Below are positions 40,704-50,642 of a stretch of DNA of 64,000 nucleotides, piece by piece (position 1 is the stretch's first letter; each line of letters starts with the position of its first letter). The translations under genes and the position numbers were made by a program. This DNA is from Methanobacteriota archaeon (GTDB taxonomy: Archaea; Methanobacteriota; Methanobacteria; Methanobacteriales; Methanobacteriaceae): positions 1 to 64,000 of the forward strand of contig CAWBCJ010000029.1 in NCBI GenBank assembly GCA_963787255.1, read 5' to 3'. The notes beneath the pieces are model-generated. The model did not search any database. It worked only from the letters and a program-made list of their open reading frames with translations, and was not told the origin of the DNA.

Positions 40704-41516
40704 ATGAGCGATAAGAAAGTATTTCACACTAAACAAAAAAAACAGTCTACCCCTACGATTAGAAAATTACCTAAAGTTAGTGGAATAGTCGGCCTCATCT
40801 CATTTTCTACAATTTTACCAATAAATATTCACACATCAATTGACGAAATGGCTGCCTTTACTTGGTTCTGGCCAATTATCGGGGGCTTAATTGGAATATT
40901 TGTAGGGGCAGTGGGATTTATAACTTTAAACATAATTCACTTACCCTCGTTAGTTTCAGCAGCATTGATTTACAGCTTTGCCATCTGGTTTACTGGTTTT
41001 CATCATCTTGACGGGCTAGTGGACATGGGTGACGGGCTGATGGTTCATGGAGATTATCAAAAAAAGATCGATGTTATGAGAGACATGATGGTGGGTACCG
41101 GAGGTATTTCCCTATTTTTTATAATTGCGATAATAACCTTTTCAGCAATTAACGCTATTCCTGCAGTTTTAATATTCGGGGTACTCCTAATTTCAGAAAT
41201 AGCTGCTAAAATAAGCCTCTTATCATGTGCAACCTTTTCTACACCATTATCTAATGGAACAGGTCAATATTTCATAAATTCAATGAACGTACCTTTATTA
41301 GCATTTTCGCTGGTTATAACCAGTATAATTGGATTTTTCGCGCTGAACCTGGCAGGAGTTTTAGGGATAGTTGGAGCACTAATTGGAGGTTATTTGGTGG
41401 CTGAAATAGCTAAAAAACATTTCAAATACGCTACAGGTGACATATTAGGTGCTTCAAATGAAATAGGACGAGCAGTATCGCTTATTGTAATAATTATTAG
41501 TTTAATATATTTATAA
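40704..41516 (+). CDS. cobS: Adenosylcobinamide-GDP ribazoletransferase
   Basis: FSTILP, TGFHHLDGLVDMGDG, MRD..VG.GG and TGDILGA..E. Confidence 0.93.
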   Translation: MSDKKVFHTKQKKQSTPTIRKLPKVSGIVGLISFSTILPINIHTSIDEMAAFTWFWPIIGGLIGIFVGAVGFITLNIIHLPSLVSAALIYSFAIWFTGFHHLDGLVDMGDGLMVHGDYQKKIDVMRDMMVGTGGISLFFIIAIITFSAINAIPAVLIFGVLLISEIAAKISLLSCATFSTPLSNGTGQYFINSMNVPLLAFSLVITSIIGFFALNLAGVLGIVGALIGGYLVAEIAKKHFKYATGDILGASNEIGRAVSLIVIIISLIYL

Positions 41517-42088
41517 TGAATTTAAGGAATGATATAGTGAAAATCAATGTATTACGACTTGACCATAGACATAAAAGAGATGCTAGAATTACTACCCACG
41601 TTTGTTTGACTGCAAGAGCTTTCGGCGCTTCTAAAGTTATTATAAGTGGTGATGAAGACCATAAACTCATGAAAAATGTTAGAGATGTTGCCGAACGTTG
41701 GGGAGGTGATTTTAAAGTGGTTTACAAAAAAAATTCAGATAATTTCATTGATGAATGGAAAAACAGCGGTGGAGAAGTGGTGCATCTTACAATGTATGGT
41801 TCACAGGTTCAGGAGGTTATAGCGGAAATTAGGGAATCTCCTAAAGACAAGCTTGTCATTGTTGGAGGTGCAAGAGTTCCTACTAAAGTTTATAAACAGG
41901 CAAATTGGAATGTTTCTGTTACAACACAGCCCCATTCGGAAGTTTCATCCCTTGCAGTATTTTTACATATGTTATTTGAAGGAAAAGAGCTCGATAAAGA
42001 GTTTGAAGGTGGGAAAATGAAGGTTGTACCTACTGCAGAAGGGAAACGTGTTATAATAACCGATAGAGATAATAAAGATGATTTTTGA
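41516..42088 (+). CDS. trm56: tRNA (cytidine56-2'-O)-methyltransferase
   Basis: LRLDHR..RD.RITTHV.L.ARAFGA, VHLTMYG and QPHSEV; the true start may be the GTG at 41537. Confidence 0.93.
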   Translation: MNLRNDIVKINVLRLDHRHKRDARITTHVCLTARAFGASKVIISGDEDHKLMKNVRDVAERWGGDFKVVYKKNSDNFIDEWKNSGGEVVHLTMYGSQVQEVIAEIRESPKDKLVIVGGARVPTKVYKQANWNVSVTTQPHSEVSSLAVFLHMLFEGKELDKEFEGGKMKVVPTAEGKRVIITDRDNKDDF

Positions 42089-42128
42089 AAATTTTAAAAT
42101 ATTTTTTTTAAACTAAAAATAACACCAA

Positions 42129-42286
42129 ATGAGCGATATATTGGTAGAAATGACATGTACCTTTTATAATAGCAATTTTAGCACCGATAATTGCCAGTGT
42201 GGTCTCTAAATTGAAAATACCTGCCGTAGTGCTCGAAATTTGTTTAGGTATTATATATAGGTCCTCAGGTGCTTGGACTGGTTCAT
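42129..42286 (+). pseudogene. N-terminal remnant of a cation:proton antiporter
   Basis: With two frameshifts it reads MSDILVEMTCTF/IIAILAPIIASVVSKLKIPAVVLEICLGII/IGPQVLGLVH; the rest is absent. Confidence 0.6.
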
Positions 42287-42372
42287 CTCATCTGTAATTC
42301 TTTTTCCACTTATTGCATTGAATGTTACGCAATAGAGTAGCAAAAAAAATAATTTTTAAAATAAGTAAATAA

Positions 42373-42870
42373 TTATCTGTAAATGGATTTTCCATGGGCT
42401 ACTGCAACAATTCCCGGAATCCTATCAACTTCAAGCTCAAAAATAGCTTCCATTCCTTCCTCTTTAAATGCTGCAACTTTTTTGGATTTAATCTTACTGG
42501 TAAGAAGTGCTGCTGCAGGAGGAGTAACTACAAAAATAGAATTTTCTTTTTTAAGCGCTTCCATTGTATCTTCGCTTAAAGCTCCCTTTCCTATGTGAAT
42601 TTTAACTCCCGCTTTTGCAAGATATGGAATATTTTCTTGAATTTCTTCTTTATTGCTTGTTGTAGGTGCTATTCCTGCATCGCTTACAGCAGTGTGCATT
42701 ATGGCAGATCCTTGAATATCAATAAGTTTTTTACCGTTTTTTATTGATTTAACAAGTCTGGGGAGTGCTGCATCTCTGCCTGTGTAGATTTTGCCGCTTA
42801 TTTCGATCTTGTCTCCAACTTGAAGATCTTTAATTATCTCATCAGTTACTGGCACTTTAATTAGTTTCAT
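42373..42870 (-). CDS. Class I fumarate/tartrate hydratase beta-subunit-like protein
   Basis: LQVGD.I.ISG.IYTGRDAA, PTTS, IGKG and EGMEAIFEL. Confidence 0.85.
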   Translation of the reverse strand: MKLIKVPVTDEIIKDLQVGDKIEISGKIYTGRDAALPRLVKSIKNGKKLIDIQGSAIMHTAVSDAGIAPTTSNKEEIQENIPYLAKAGVKIHIGKGALSEDTMEALKKENSIFVVTPPAAALLTSKIKSKKVAAFKEEGMEAIFELEVDRIPGIVAVAHGKSIYR

Positions 42871-42876
42871 GGTTAA

Positions 42877-44106
42877 TCATTTGCCCTGTAGTGTTTTATC
42901 AACTAATTTTATAGATGCATTCCTTTCATTATCTTGATGCATACCATCTACAACATGTTTTGTATAAATGGAAGATAGGTCTTTCAGGAATTCTTGGACA
43001 TGTTCTTCTTTAATATGGGGCATAACTACAATTCGTATGGCTTTAGGATATGCAGAAACTGAAACCATCCATCCTTTCTCTTCAAGTTCACTGCAGATTT
43101 CATCAATTTCTATTTCATCAGATTTAAACCCGACAAGGTTTAATTCTGGTTTTCGAATCAACTTAAATCCTGATTCTTGAATACCCTTTGCAAGAACTTC
43201 AGTAACTTTCATACATCTTTCTGCAACCTCACCATAGCCCTCTTTTCCAAAATATTTCATTAGTGCCCATGTTGCCGCTGATGATGCGCCTGTTCTTGTA
43301 CCCACTATGGTAGATTGCTCTTTTTCTGTTAAATAGGGTGTTTCAGTGCTTATACTTTTAAGATAAGTTCTATCTCTAAACAGAATGCATCCGGTAGGAA
43401 TTGGTGCTAATCCCATTTTATGAGGATCTATCGTGATTGAAGAAACTCCTTTAAGTGAAAAATCAAATTTAGGAAAATTATAACCAATATGATTTAAAAA
43501 TGGAATTGAAAACCCACCGAAAGCAGCATCAACGTGTAAATAAATGTTATTTCGGGTGCAAAGATTTGAAAGTTCTTCTATTGGATCAATAACTCCAAGT
43601 TCTGTTGTTCCAGCTATGCCAACTATTGCAATAGTTTTTGGAGATATTAACTCTTTAACAGATTCTATATCTACGCAGTAATTTTCATCAAGTTCTGCTT
43701 CTCTTATTTTTAAACATAGCATGTCCGCTGCTTTTTTAAAGGAAAAATGGGCAGATTTAGGAATGATTATCTCTGGATTTTTCACATTGCTTGAATTTCT
43801 GGCTGCTCTCATTGCCATGATGTTTGCTTCTGTGCCGCCAGTTATTATGTGCCCACAGACGTCTTTTTTACCAAGAAGACTTCCAAGCATTTCGATAACT
43901 TCTTTTTCCATTTGCCGGGTGCCTTTAAAAAGACCAGAATCTCCTAAATTGGATTCTAAGAACATGTAATATGCTTCCACACCGATTTCGTGGGGACATG
44001 TGCACATTGAGCCAAGTATTCGGCCCGATTTGTAGGTCATATCCTCTCTTTTAAACTCTCTGAGTTTTTCTGATATTTCCTGTTTTTTAGTTCCTTTTTT
44101 ATCCAT
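42877..44106 (-). CDS. mfnA: L-tyrosine/L-aspartate decarboxylase (PLP-dependent)
   Basis: ILGSMCT.PH, NLGD.GL, GGTEAN, HVDAAFGG and DPHKMG. Confidence 0.92.
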   Translation of the reverse strand: MDKKGTKKQEISEKLREFKREDMTYKSGRILGSMCTCPHEIGVEAYYMFLESNLGDSGLFKGTRQMEKEVIEMLGSLLGKKDVCGHIITGGTEANIMAMRAARNSSNVKNPEIIIPKSAHFSFKKAADMLCLKIREAELDENYCVDIESVKELISPKTIAIVGIAGTTELGVIDPIEELSNLCTRNNIYLHVDAAFGGFSIPFLNHIGYNFPKFDFSLKGVSSITIDPHKMGLAPIPTGCILFRDRTYLKSISTETPYLTEKEQSTIVGTRTGASSAATWALMKYFGKEGYGEVAERCMKVTEVLAKGIQESGFKLIRKPELNLVGFKSDEIEIDEICSELEEKGWMVSVSAYPKAIRIVVMPHIKEEHVQEFLKDLSSIYTKHVVDGMHQDNERNASIKLVDKTLQGK

Positions 44107-44180
44107 TTTGATTCCCTAAAAAAATAATTAAATAAAAATTTAAAACAAAAAAAAATAATTTAAAAAATAAAATAATTTAT

Positions 44181-46472
44181 TTATTCTTGTAAACGCTTTC
44201 TTGCAGCTTTTAGGACGAGTTTCTTTTCAACTCTGGCCACAACTTCCCTTACAGTTGCAACTGCATCTGTGTTTGCAGAAACGCTTTCAATTCCAGCTTC
44301 AACAAGTTTTTCAACAATATCAGGCATGCTTCCAGCCTGTCCGCAGATACTTGTTTTTACTCCTGCTTTATTACATGCATTTATAACATAAACTAAGAGT
44401 TTTAGTACTGCTGGATGTTTTTCAGTGTAAAGACCAGCAACATGTTCGTTGTTTCTGTCAATTGCAAGTGTATATTGAGTCAAATCGTTTGTTCCAAAGC
44501 TTACAAAGTCAACTCCTTCAGCAATGAAGTCCTCAATAGTAAGAGCTGCGCCAGGTGTCTCCACCATTATACCAAACTCGATTGTTTTTTGAGGTTTTAA
44601 ACCTACTTCTTCTGCTATTTGTTTGGCTTTCCTGAGCTCATCTGGGTGCTGAACTAGTGGAATCATTATTCCAATGTTGGTGTATCCTTGCTCATGGAGC
44701 TTCTTAATAGCTTTAAATTCGGCTTTTAAGATTTCAGGCTCGTCTAATTCTCTTCTGATACCTCTCCATCCAAGCATGGGGTTGTGTTCGTATGGCTCGT
44801 TTTCTCCACCGTCAAGAGACTTAAATTCGTCTGTTGGAGCGTCAAGAGTTCGGTACCATACTGGTTTTGGATAGAATTCATCTACAACCTTAAGGATGTT
44901 TTCAACAAGGATTTTTATTAGTTCATCCTCTCTACCATCCATTATGAACTTTTTAGGGTGAACTCCAGATGTTAGCATCATGTGTTCAGTTCTAAGAAGA
45001 CCTACACCATCTGCGCCAGTCGCTGCAGCTTTTTTAGCTGCTTCAGGCATGCTGACATTTACTTTTACTTCTGTAACTGTGATAATAGGTGCTTGTGCCA
45101 TCATGGCTGGCTGTTCTTCTGTTTCTTTTTTCTCTGATTCTGCAAGTTTTCCCTTGTAAACTGTTCCCTTGTTTCCATCGAGGGTTACAATTTCGTTTTC
45201 TTCAAGAATTTTTGTTGCATCGCTTGTTCCTACAACACAAGGTATTCCAAGCTCTCTTGAAACAATTGCAGCGTGACAGGTTACTCCACCTTCATCGGTG
45301 ATAATTCCATCGGCTCTTTTCATTGCAGGAACCATATCTGGAGTTGTCATTACAGTAACTAAAATGTCACCTTCTTCAATTTTATCAAGCTCGTCTGTAC
45401 TGCTGATAATTTTAACAGCGCCTGAAGCCATACCCGGACTTGCACCAAGTCCTTTAGTAACTATAGTTCTTTCTTCTTCTACGCCTTCTTCTTCAGCCCC
45501 ATTACCCATATTAAGTGTTGTTACGGGTCTTGATTGTAACATAAAGACTTTTCCATTATTTATTGCCCATTCGGTGTCCTGAGGTGAACCGTAGTGCTCA
45601 TGAATTCTTTTACCCATATTTGTAAGCTCAGTAAGTTCAGAAGTGCTTAAGACTTTCTTATTTTTCATATCATCTGGAACTTCTATTTTTACGGTTTTTC
45701 CAGATTCCGGATCTTTTGTAAACATTATATTTTTTTCGCTGATTATAGATTCAAGTATTTCACCGGTTTTCTTGTCTACCCAGTAAGTATCTGGTGTAAC
45801 AGTACCTGATACTACCGCTTCTCCTAATCCCCAGGCTCCTTCAATCAATATTTTTTCTTCGCCTGTTGAAGGGTGTACTGTAAACATTACGCCTGCTTTT
45901 TCGGCGTCTACCATTTCTTGAACCACTACAGCGATATAAACCTTAGAATGATCAAAATTATGCTCTTCCCGGTAAAAAATAGCTCTGGACTCGAATAGTG
46001 ATGCCCAACATTTTTGTACATACTCTAAAACATCTTCTGTACCTTTAATATTTAAGAATGTGTCTTGTTGTCCTGCAAATGAGGCTTCAGGAAGGTCTTC
46101 TGCAGTTGCAGATGATCTTATAGCAACAAATGGACTTTCTTTGCCAATGCGCTGACCTAATGCATTATAAGCCTCTATTATGGTTGTTCTTATATCATCA
46201 GGCATATAAGAATCCATTATTATTTTCTTTATTTTAACTGATGATTCCTGAAGTTCTTTATTATTGTTGACATCTATAGCATCAAGAATGCCCATTATTT
46301 CATCAAAGATACCTGTTTCTTTTACAAATTTATCATAGGTTGCTGCTGTAATAACAAATCCTGGAGGTACAGGAATTCCTGCTTGGGTTAATTCCCCTAA
46401 ATTCGCGCCTTTTCCACCAGCAATTGCTACATCTTCCTTTTTAAGCTCTTCAAAAAATTCGACAAACTTCAT
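44181..46472 (-). CDS. ppsA: Phosphoenolpyruvate synthase
   Basis: GGKGANLGE, RSSATAED, SFAGQQ, GGVTCHAAIVSRE, GTNDLTQY and ICGQ. Confidence 0.96.
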   Translation of the reverse strand: MKFVEFFEELKKEDVAIAGGKGANLGELTQAGIPVPPGFVITAATYDKFVKETGIFDEIMGILDAIDVNNNKELQESSVKIKKIIMDSYMPDDIRTTIIEAYNALGQRIGKESPFVAIRSSATAEDLPEASFAGQQDTFLNIKGTEDVLEYVQKCWASLFESRAIFYREEHNFDHSKVYIAVVVQEMVDAEKAGVMFTVHPSTGEEKILIEGAWGLGEAVVSGTVTPDTYWVDKKTGEILESIISEKNIMFTKDPESGKTVKIEVPDDMKNKKVLSTSELTELTNMGKRIHEHYGSPQDTEWAINNGKVFMLQSRPVTTLNMGNGAEEEGVEEERTIVTKGLGASPGMASGAVKIISSTDELDKIEEGDILVTVMTTPDMVPAMKRADGIITDEGGVTCHAAIVSRELGIPCVVGTSDATKILEENEIVTLDGNKGTVYKGKLAESEKKETEEQPAMMAQAPIITVTEVKVNVSMPEAAKKAAATGADGVGLLRTEHMMLTSGVHPKKFIMDGREDELIKILVENILKVVDEFYPKPVWYRTLDAPTDEFKSLDGGENEPYEHNPMLGWRGIRRELDEPEILKAEFKAIKKLHEQGYTNIGIMIPLVQHPDELRKAKQIAEEVGLKPQKTIEFGIMVETPGAALTIEDFIAEGVDFVSFGTNDLTQYTLAIDRNNEHVAGLYTEKHPAVLKLLVYVINACNKAGVKTSICGQAGSMPDIVEKLVEAGIESVSANTDAVATVREVVARVEKKLVLKAARKRLQE

Positions 46473-46485
46473 GCTAAACACTCTT

Positions 46486-46965
46486 TTATTTTATTAATTC
46501 TTCACCTTTTTCTACAATAATTCTACATGGAACTGGGAATTTCATTGCAGCCCTTCTTAGAGCTTCCTTTGCATCTTTGAAGTTTCTTTTATTTGTGTCT
46601 ATTGTTAAAACTTTTTGATCTGCTTTTGCTATTGCTACAGAGCTTACAGGTTTTCCGAATGCTTTTCTCATTCCGTCCTGTACCCTGTCCGCACCGGCAC
46701 CAGTTGCCATTGGATTTTCTCTAACGATATGATGAGGATAAACCCTTATTTTAAGATGATAACCCATTCTACCTGCCCTTCTTTGCATGTATCTGTTTGA
46801 TGCAATCCTTGCGGCTTCCAGTGAATTATGTGATAACTGTGCTGGCTTTTTTAGGGCAAGACTTACTTTTAAAGGGAACTCTGCTGAAAGATTTCCCATA
46901 TCATACTGAACTATCCTTGAACCAGGAATTTTTCTAATGTATTCTTTTCGTGTATATGCTCTCAT
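46486..46965 (-). CDS. rpl10e: 50S ribosomal protein uL16 (L10e)
   Basis: [22 protein letters not shown] and [16 protein letters not shown]; GAGGA RBS before MRAYT. Confidence 0.96.
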   Translation of the reverse strand: MRAYTRKEYIRKIPGSRIVQYDMGNLSAEFPLKVSLALKKPAQLSHNSLEAARIASNRYMQRRAGRMGYHLKIRVYPHHIVRENPMATGAGADRVQDGMRKAFGKPVSSVAIAKADQKVLTIDTNKRNFKDAKEALRRAAMKFPVPCRIIVEKGEELIK

Positions 46966-47105
46966 TAATAATCCTCCTCTATTATAATTTCTTGGTCTAT
47001 AACTTAATAAATGCTTCCTTCTATATATACAGATGATCATTTATATAATATAGAAATAGTAACTATCTCATTGGTCATATGATCACTTATAAATAGGTGG
47101 AAGTT

Positions 47106-47894
47106 ATGAAAATCGCGATAACCGGAAAAGGAGGGGTCGGTAAAACAACCCTTTCTGGAACATTAGCATGTATATTATCACAACATTATAAAGTATTCGC
47201 TATCGATGCTGATCCCGACATGAACCTAGCATCAAGTCTTGGTATAACCGAGCCAATTACCCCAATTTCCAAGATGAAAGACATGATAAAGGAAAGAACT
47301 GGTGCAGAGTCCGGAGCATCCTTTGGAGAAGTTTTTAAAATGAATCCAAAAATAAACGATCTTCCAGAATCTTTATCCATAAATTACGATGAGGAGGGTA
47401 ACTTAAAACTCCTTGTAATGGGTACCGTTGATAAAGGAGGCGAAGGATGTGTTTGTCCTGCTTCTGTACTTCTTAAAGCACTTATGCGCAACTTAATCCT
47501 TAAAAAGGACGAAATTATCATTTTAGATATGGAAGCTGGCGTGGAGCATCTAGGAAGAAAGACAGCAGAAGCAGTGGATTTAATGATTATAATTGTTGAG
47601 CCCGGCCTTAAGTCTCTTGAAACTGCAGAACGAATTAAAAGACTTGCATCAGACATTGGAATTTCCAAAATTGCCTGTGTGATAAATAAAATTTCCAATG
47701 AAACTGAAGAGAATTTTGTGGTTTCAAAACTTAAAGAAATGAATCTTGAAGTTATTGGAAGCATTCCACGGGATGAAGCGGTAATTATGGCCGATATGGA
47801 AGGAAAACCCCTTGTTGATTATCCTGATTCTGAAGCATTTAAATCAATAGAAAAAATTGCAGAAAATATTTTAAGATATAATTTAAGAGAATAA
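47106..47894 (+). CDS. CooC-family nickel-insertion ATPase
   Basis: GKGGVGKTT, IDADPD.NL, GCVCP and DMEAGVEHLGR. Confidence 0.9.
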   Translation: MKIAITGKGGVGKTTLSGTLACILSQHYKVFAIDADPDMNLASSLGITEPITPISKMKDMIKERTGAESGASFGEVFKMNPKINDLPESLSINYDEEGNLKLLVMGTVDKGGEGCVCPASVLLKALMRNLILKKDEIIILDMEAGVEHLGRKTAEAVDLMIIIVEPGLKSLETAERIKRLASDIGISKIACVINKISNETEENFVVSKLKEMNLEVIGSIPRDEAVIMADMEGKPLVDYPDSEAFKSIEKIAENILRYNLRE

Positions 47895-47898
47895 GAAT

Positions 47899-48126
47899 AT
47901 GGAAATTGAATCCAAGATTACCTTTATGTATGGAACAGAGAAAGAAGCCCAGGTTGCTTTAGGTTCACTTAAACCAGATAATATGGATTTTATAAAGGCT
48001 TATGTTGAAGGTAGCAGTCTTATATGTGACTTAGAGTCGAGATCGCTACGAACAACCCTCGCAACAATAGACGACCTTCTATTCTGCGAGATGATGGCCG
48101 AAAAGATTATGGATTTTACAAGATAA
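47899..48126 (+). CDS. pcc1: KEOPS complex subunit Pcc1
   Basis: SLKPDN and LRTTLATIDDLL motifs in 75 aa. Confidence 0.75.
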   Translation: MEIESKITFMYGTEKEAQVALGSLKPDNMDFIKAYVEGSSLICDLESRSLRTTLATIDDLLFCEMMAEKIMDFTR

Positions 48127-48157
48127 TGAAGAATAATTTTTATTAGAAGGTGAAGAA

Positions 48158-49708
48158 ATGAAATTCACGCTTAAAGGTGAAATTACGTTCAGTAAAGATG
48201 CAACAAATGCAGAAGAAGATATTAAAAAGTTTATAGATGAAGCTAATGATGAAATATTTCTAAAGGGAGTTCCAGAAGACCAGAAACAAGATGCTTCAAA
48301 AATAATAAACTGGAATTTAAATAAGGACACCCTTGAAGTTGAAATGATATCAGGAAGACGTGGAAGAGCTCATGATGCGATCTTACGTGTGAAAAAACCA
48401 CTTACTCAACTTTTAGGTAAAAAATACCGTTTAGGTATCCGTAAAATCATTTTAACTGATTATAAGATTGAAATACCAATTGACGAAAGGGTAGAACTAA
48501 AAGACGTTCCCTACGTAGATAATTATATAATCAAAGACGATGCAATAGTTCTTGAATTTAAAGACCTTGAAGAAGGAGATTTAAGAAAACACATCATTGA
48601 CAGGGTTATTAAACATGTAACAAGTGCAGTTGCAAGCCATATCCCAGAAGCAGAATGCGGTCCTTCAGATATACTCACCAAACAGGTTACTAAAGTTGAA
48701 CCCGGCACAATTTTAGAAAAAAGCTGTATTCAAAAATATTTCTTTGAAGGAGACCCCACAGAAGAAGCTGCAAAACTTGGATGGGTTAAAAAATTCTCAG
48801 GTAGAGGCCAATGGTTCTATGCACCCCCACTTGTAGCACTGCAACGTGCTTTAGAAGACATATTCATAGAAAAAATGATTGAAAAGCTTGATTTTGATGA
48901 ATGCCTCTTTCCAAAACTAATTCCAATTCCAATAATGGAAAGGATGAAATACCTGGAAGGACTTCCAGAAGGAATGTACTACTGTTCTGCACCAAGAAGA
49001 GACCCTGAAACATTTAATAAATTCCGTGACGAACTTACAATTAAACGTGAAGTCCCTATCGATCTTCTAAAGGAAGGTTTAAAGGATCCTTCCTATGTAC
49101 TGGCGCCAGCACAATGCGAACCATTTTATGAGTTTTTAAGCCACCAAGTTGTTGACGAAAAAGACCTTCCAATTAAGTTCTTCGACAGAAGCGGATGGAC
49201 ATACCGTTGGGAAGCCGGAGGCGCGAAAGGGCTTGACCGCGTTCATGAATTCCAACGTATAGAGCTTGTATGGCTTGGAACACCAGAGCAAACCGAAAAA
49301 TTACGAGATCAGACTGTTGATATTTCCCATAAAATTGCAGACGAAATGGAACTTGATTGGTACACCGAAGTAGGCGATGATCCATTCTATCTTGAAGGTA
49401 GACGTGTCGAAGAAAGAGGAATCGAATTCCCTGATATCCCTAAAAAGGAAATGCGACTCAATGTACCTGGTCAAAAGAAAGGTGTTGCTGTAGTATCTGC
49501 AAACATTCACGGAACCCACTTTGTGGAAGGATTTTCAGTAAAAGAAACTCACAACAATAGAATATGGACGGGATGTACTGGTATCGGTTTAACCCGTTGG
49601 GTGTTTGGATTCCTTGCCCAGAAAGGTTTTGACCCTGAAAACTGGCCTGAAGATGTAAAAGAAAAATTTAAAGGCGTTAAGGTACCTAAGTTACTTACCT
49701 GGCCTTAA
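48158..49708 (+). CDS. serS: Serine--tRNA ligase, methanogen type
   Basis: Methanogen-type N-domain (SGRRGRAHD), AQCEPFY, GWTYRWE, RVHEF.R.E and WTGCTG.G..RW. Confidence 0.95.
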   Translation: MKFTLKGEITFSKDATNAEEDIKKFIDEANDEIFLKGVPEDQKQDASKIINWNLNKDTLEVEMISGRRGRAHDAILRVKKPLTQLLGKKYRLGIRKIILTDYKIEIPIDERVELKDVPYVDNYIIKDDAIVLEFKDLEEGDLRKHIIDRVIKHVTSAVASHIPEAECGPSDILTKQVTKVEPGTILEKSCIQKYFFEGDPTEEAAKLGWVKKFSGRGQWFYAPPLVALQRALEDIFIEKMIEKLDFDECLFPKLIPIPIMERMKYLEGLPEGMYYCSAPRRDPETFNKFRDELTIKREVPIDLLKEGLKDPSYVLAPAQCEPFYEFLSHQVVDEKDLPIKFFDRSGWTYRWEAGGAKGLDRVHEFQRIELVWLGTPEQTEKLRDQTVDISHKIADEMELDWYTEVGDDPFYLEGRRVEERGIEFPDIPKKEMRLNVPGQKKGVAVVSANIHGTHFVEGFSVKETHNNRIWTGCTGIGLTRWVFGFLAQKGFDPENWPEDVKEKFKGVKVPKLLTWP

Positions 49709-49919
49709 TTTATTTATTTTTCTATTAGTTTTTCTATTTTTTTGGAATAGAAAATAGAAAAATTAGATGATTAACTTAAAAGCTGCAAAGTTGGATTATA
49801 TATCAATTATTATTTTTTTTGTACTTTGGCCACTTTATGCTAAAATTAAAAGGAAGAATTCTAAAAAGAAAATTAGAAAGATAAACATAAGAGAGAAGTA
49901 AAAAGAAAAAGATTCAAAT

Positions 49920-50642
49920 TTATTCTTCTTCAGTTTCCTCTTCTTCTGTATTAACTTTTTTCTCGAATACATCCACAAATTCGACTCTGTTTATACCCAT
50001 GTTGTCCCATATGTCCCTTGCGATTCTGAATTTTGCATATGTAACCTGGTTATCGAATTTAGCCATTTCACTAAGGTAAATCATTACCTTTCCATCTTCT
50101 ATTTTTACTTCATGGTCTTCAGGTTTCATGTTAGGGTTAGGGTACTGGAGTTCTATAATTCCGTAAATTTTTTCTAGATTGTCTTCGATTATTTTTTCAA
50201 CTTCAACATCGTAGGTGAGTGTTTTTCCAGCAAACTCATTGTTAAAGTCTACTGTTACTCTTCCACCACCAATACTCCTGATTTTACCCGTATGTCCTTC
50301 CAGAGTTATACTCATACCTACTTGAGGTTTCATGTTCTGTTTTTGGAACTCACGCATTGGTATCATTTGTAATAGTTTTGGATCTCTTAAACCGAACCCA
50401 TCTTCGGGAGCTACTTCAATTGTCTTTTTTTCGCCTGCTTCCATTCCTACAAGGTCCTTGTCAAGTCCCTTCAAGACGTGACCTACTCCTACAGCAATTG
50501 GGATTGCACCAAAAGTCTTGTTTTCAGTTTTAAGACCTGCTTCTTCTGCAACTTCTTCGTTTGTTGTGTCAAAAATGTCACCGGTATCCTTAACCTTTCC
50601 AGTGTAGTTAAGCCTTATAAAATCTCCTTCTTTTACTGCCAT
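49920..50642 (-). CDS. Long-type FKBP peptidyl-prolyl isomerase
   Basis: YTGK...FDTT, PEDGFG.R and DFN..FAGKTL motifs with an archaeal C-terminal domain. Confidence 0.92.
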   Translation of the reverse strand: MAVKEGDFIRLNYTGKVKDTGDIFDTTNEEVAEEAGLKTENKTFGAIPIAVGVGHVLKGLDKDLVGMEAGEKKTIEVAPEDGFGLRDPKLLQMIPMREFQKQNMKPQVGMSITLEGHTGKIRSIGGGRVTVDFNNEFAGKTLTYDVEVEKIIEDNLEKIYGIIELQYPNPNMKPEDHEVKIEDGKVMIYLSEMAKFDNQVTYAKFRIARDIWDNMGINRVEFVDVFEKKVNTEEEETEEE

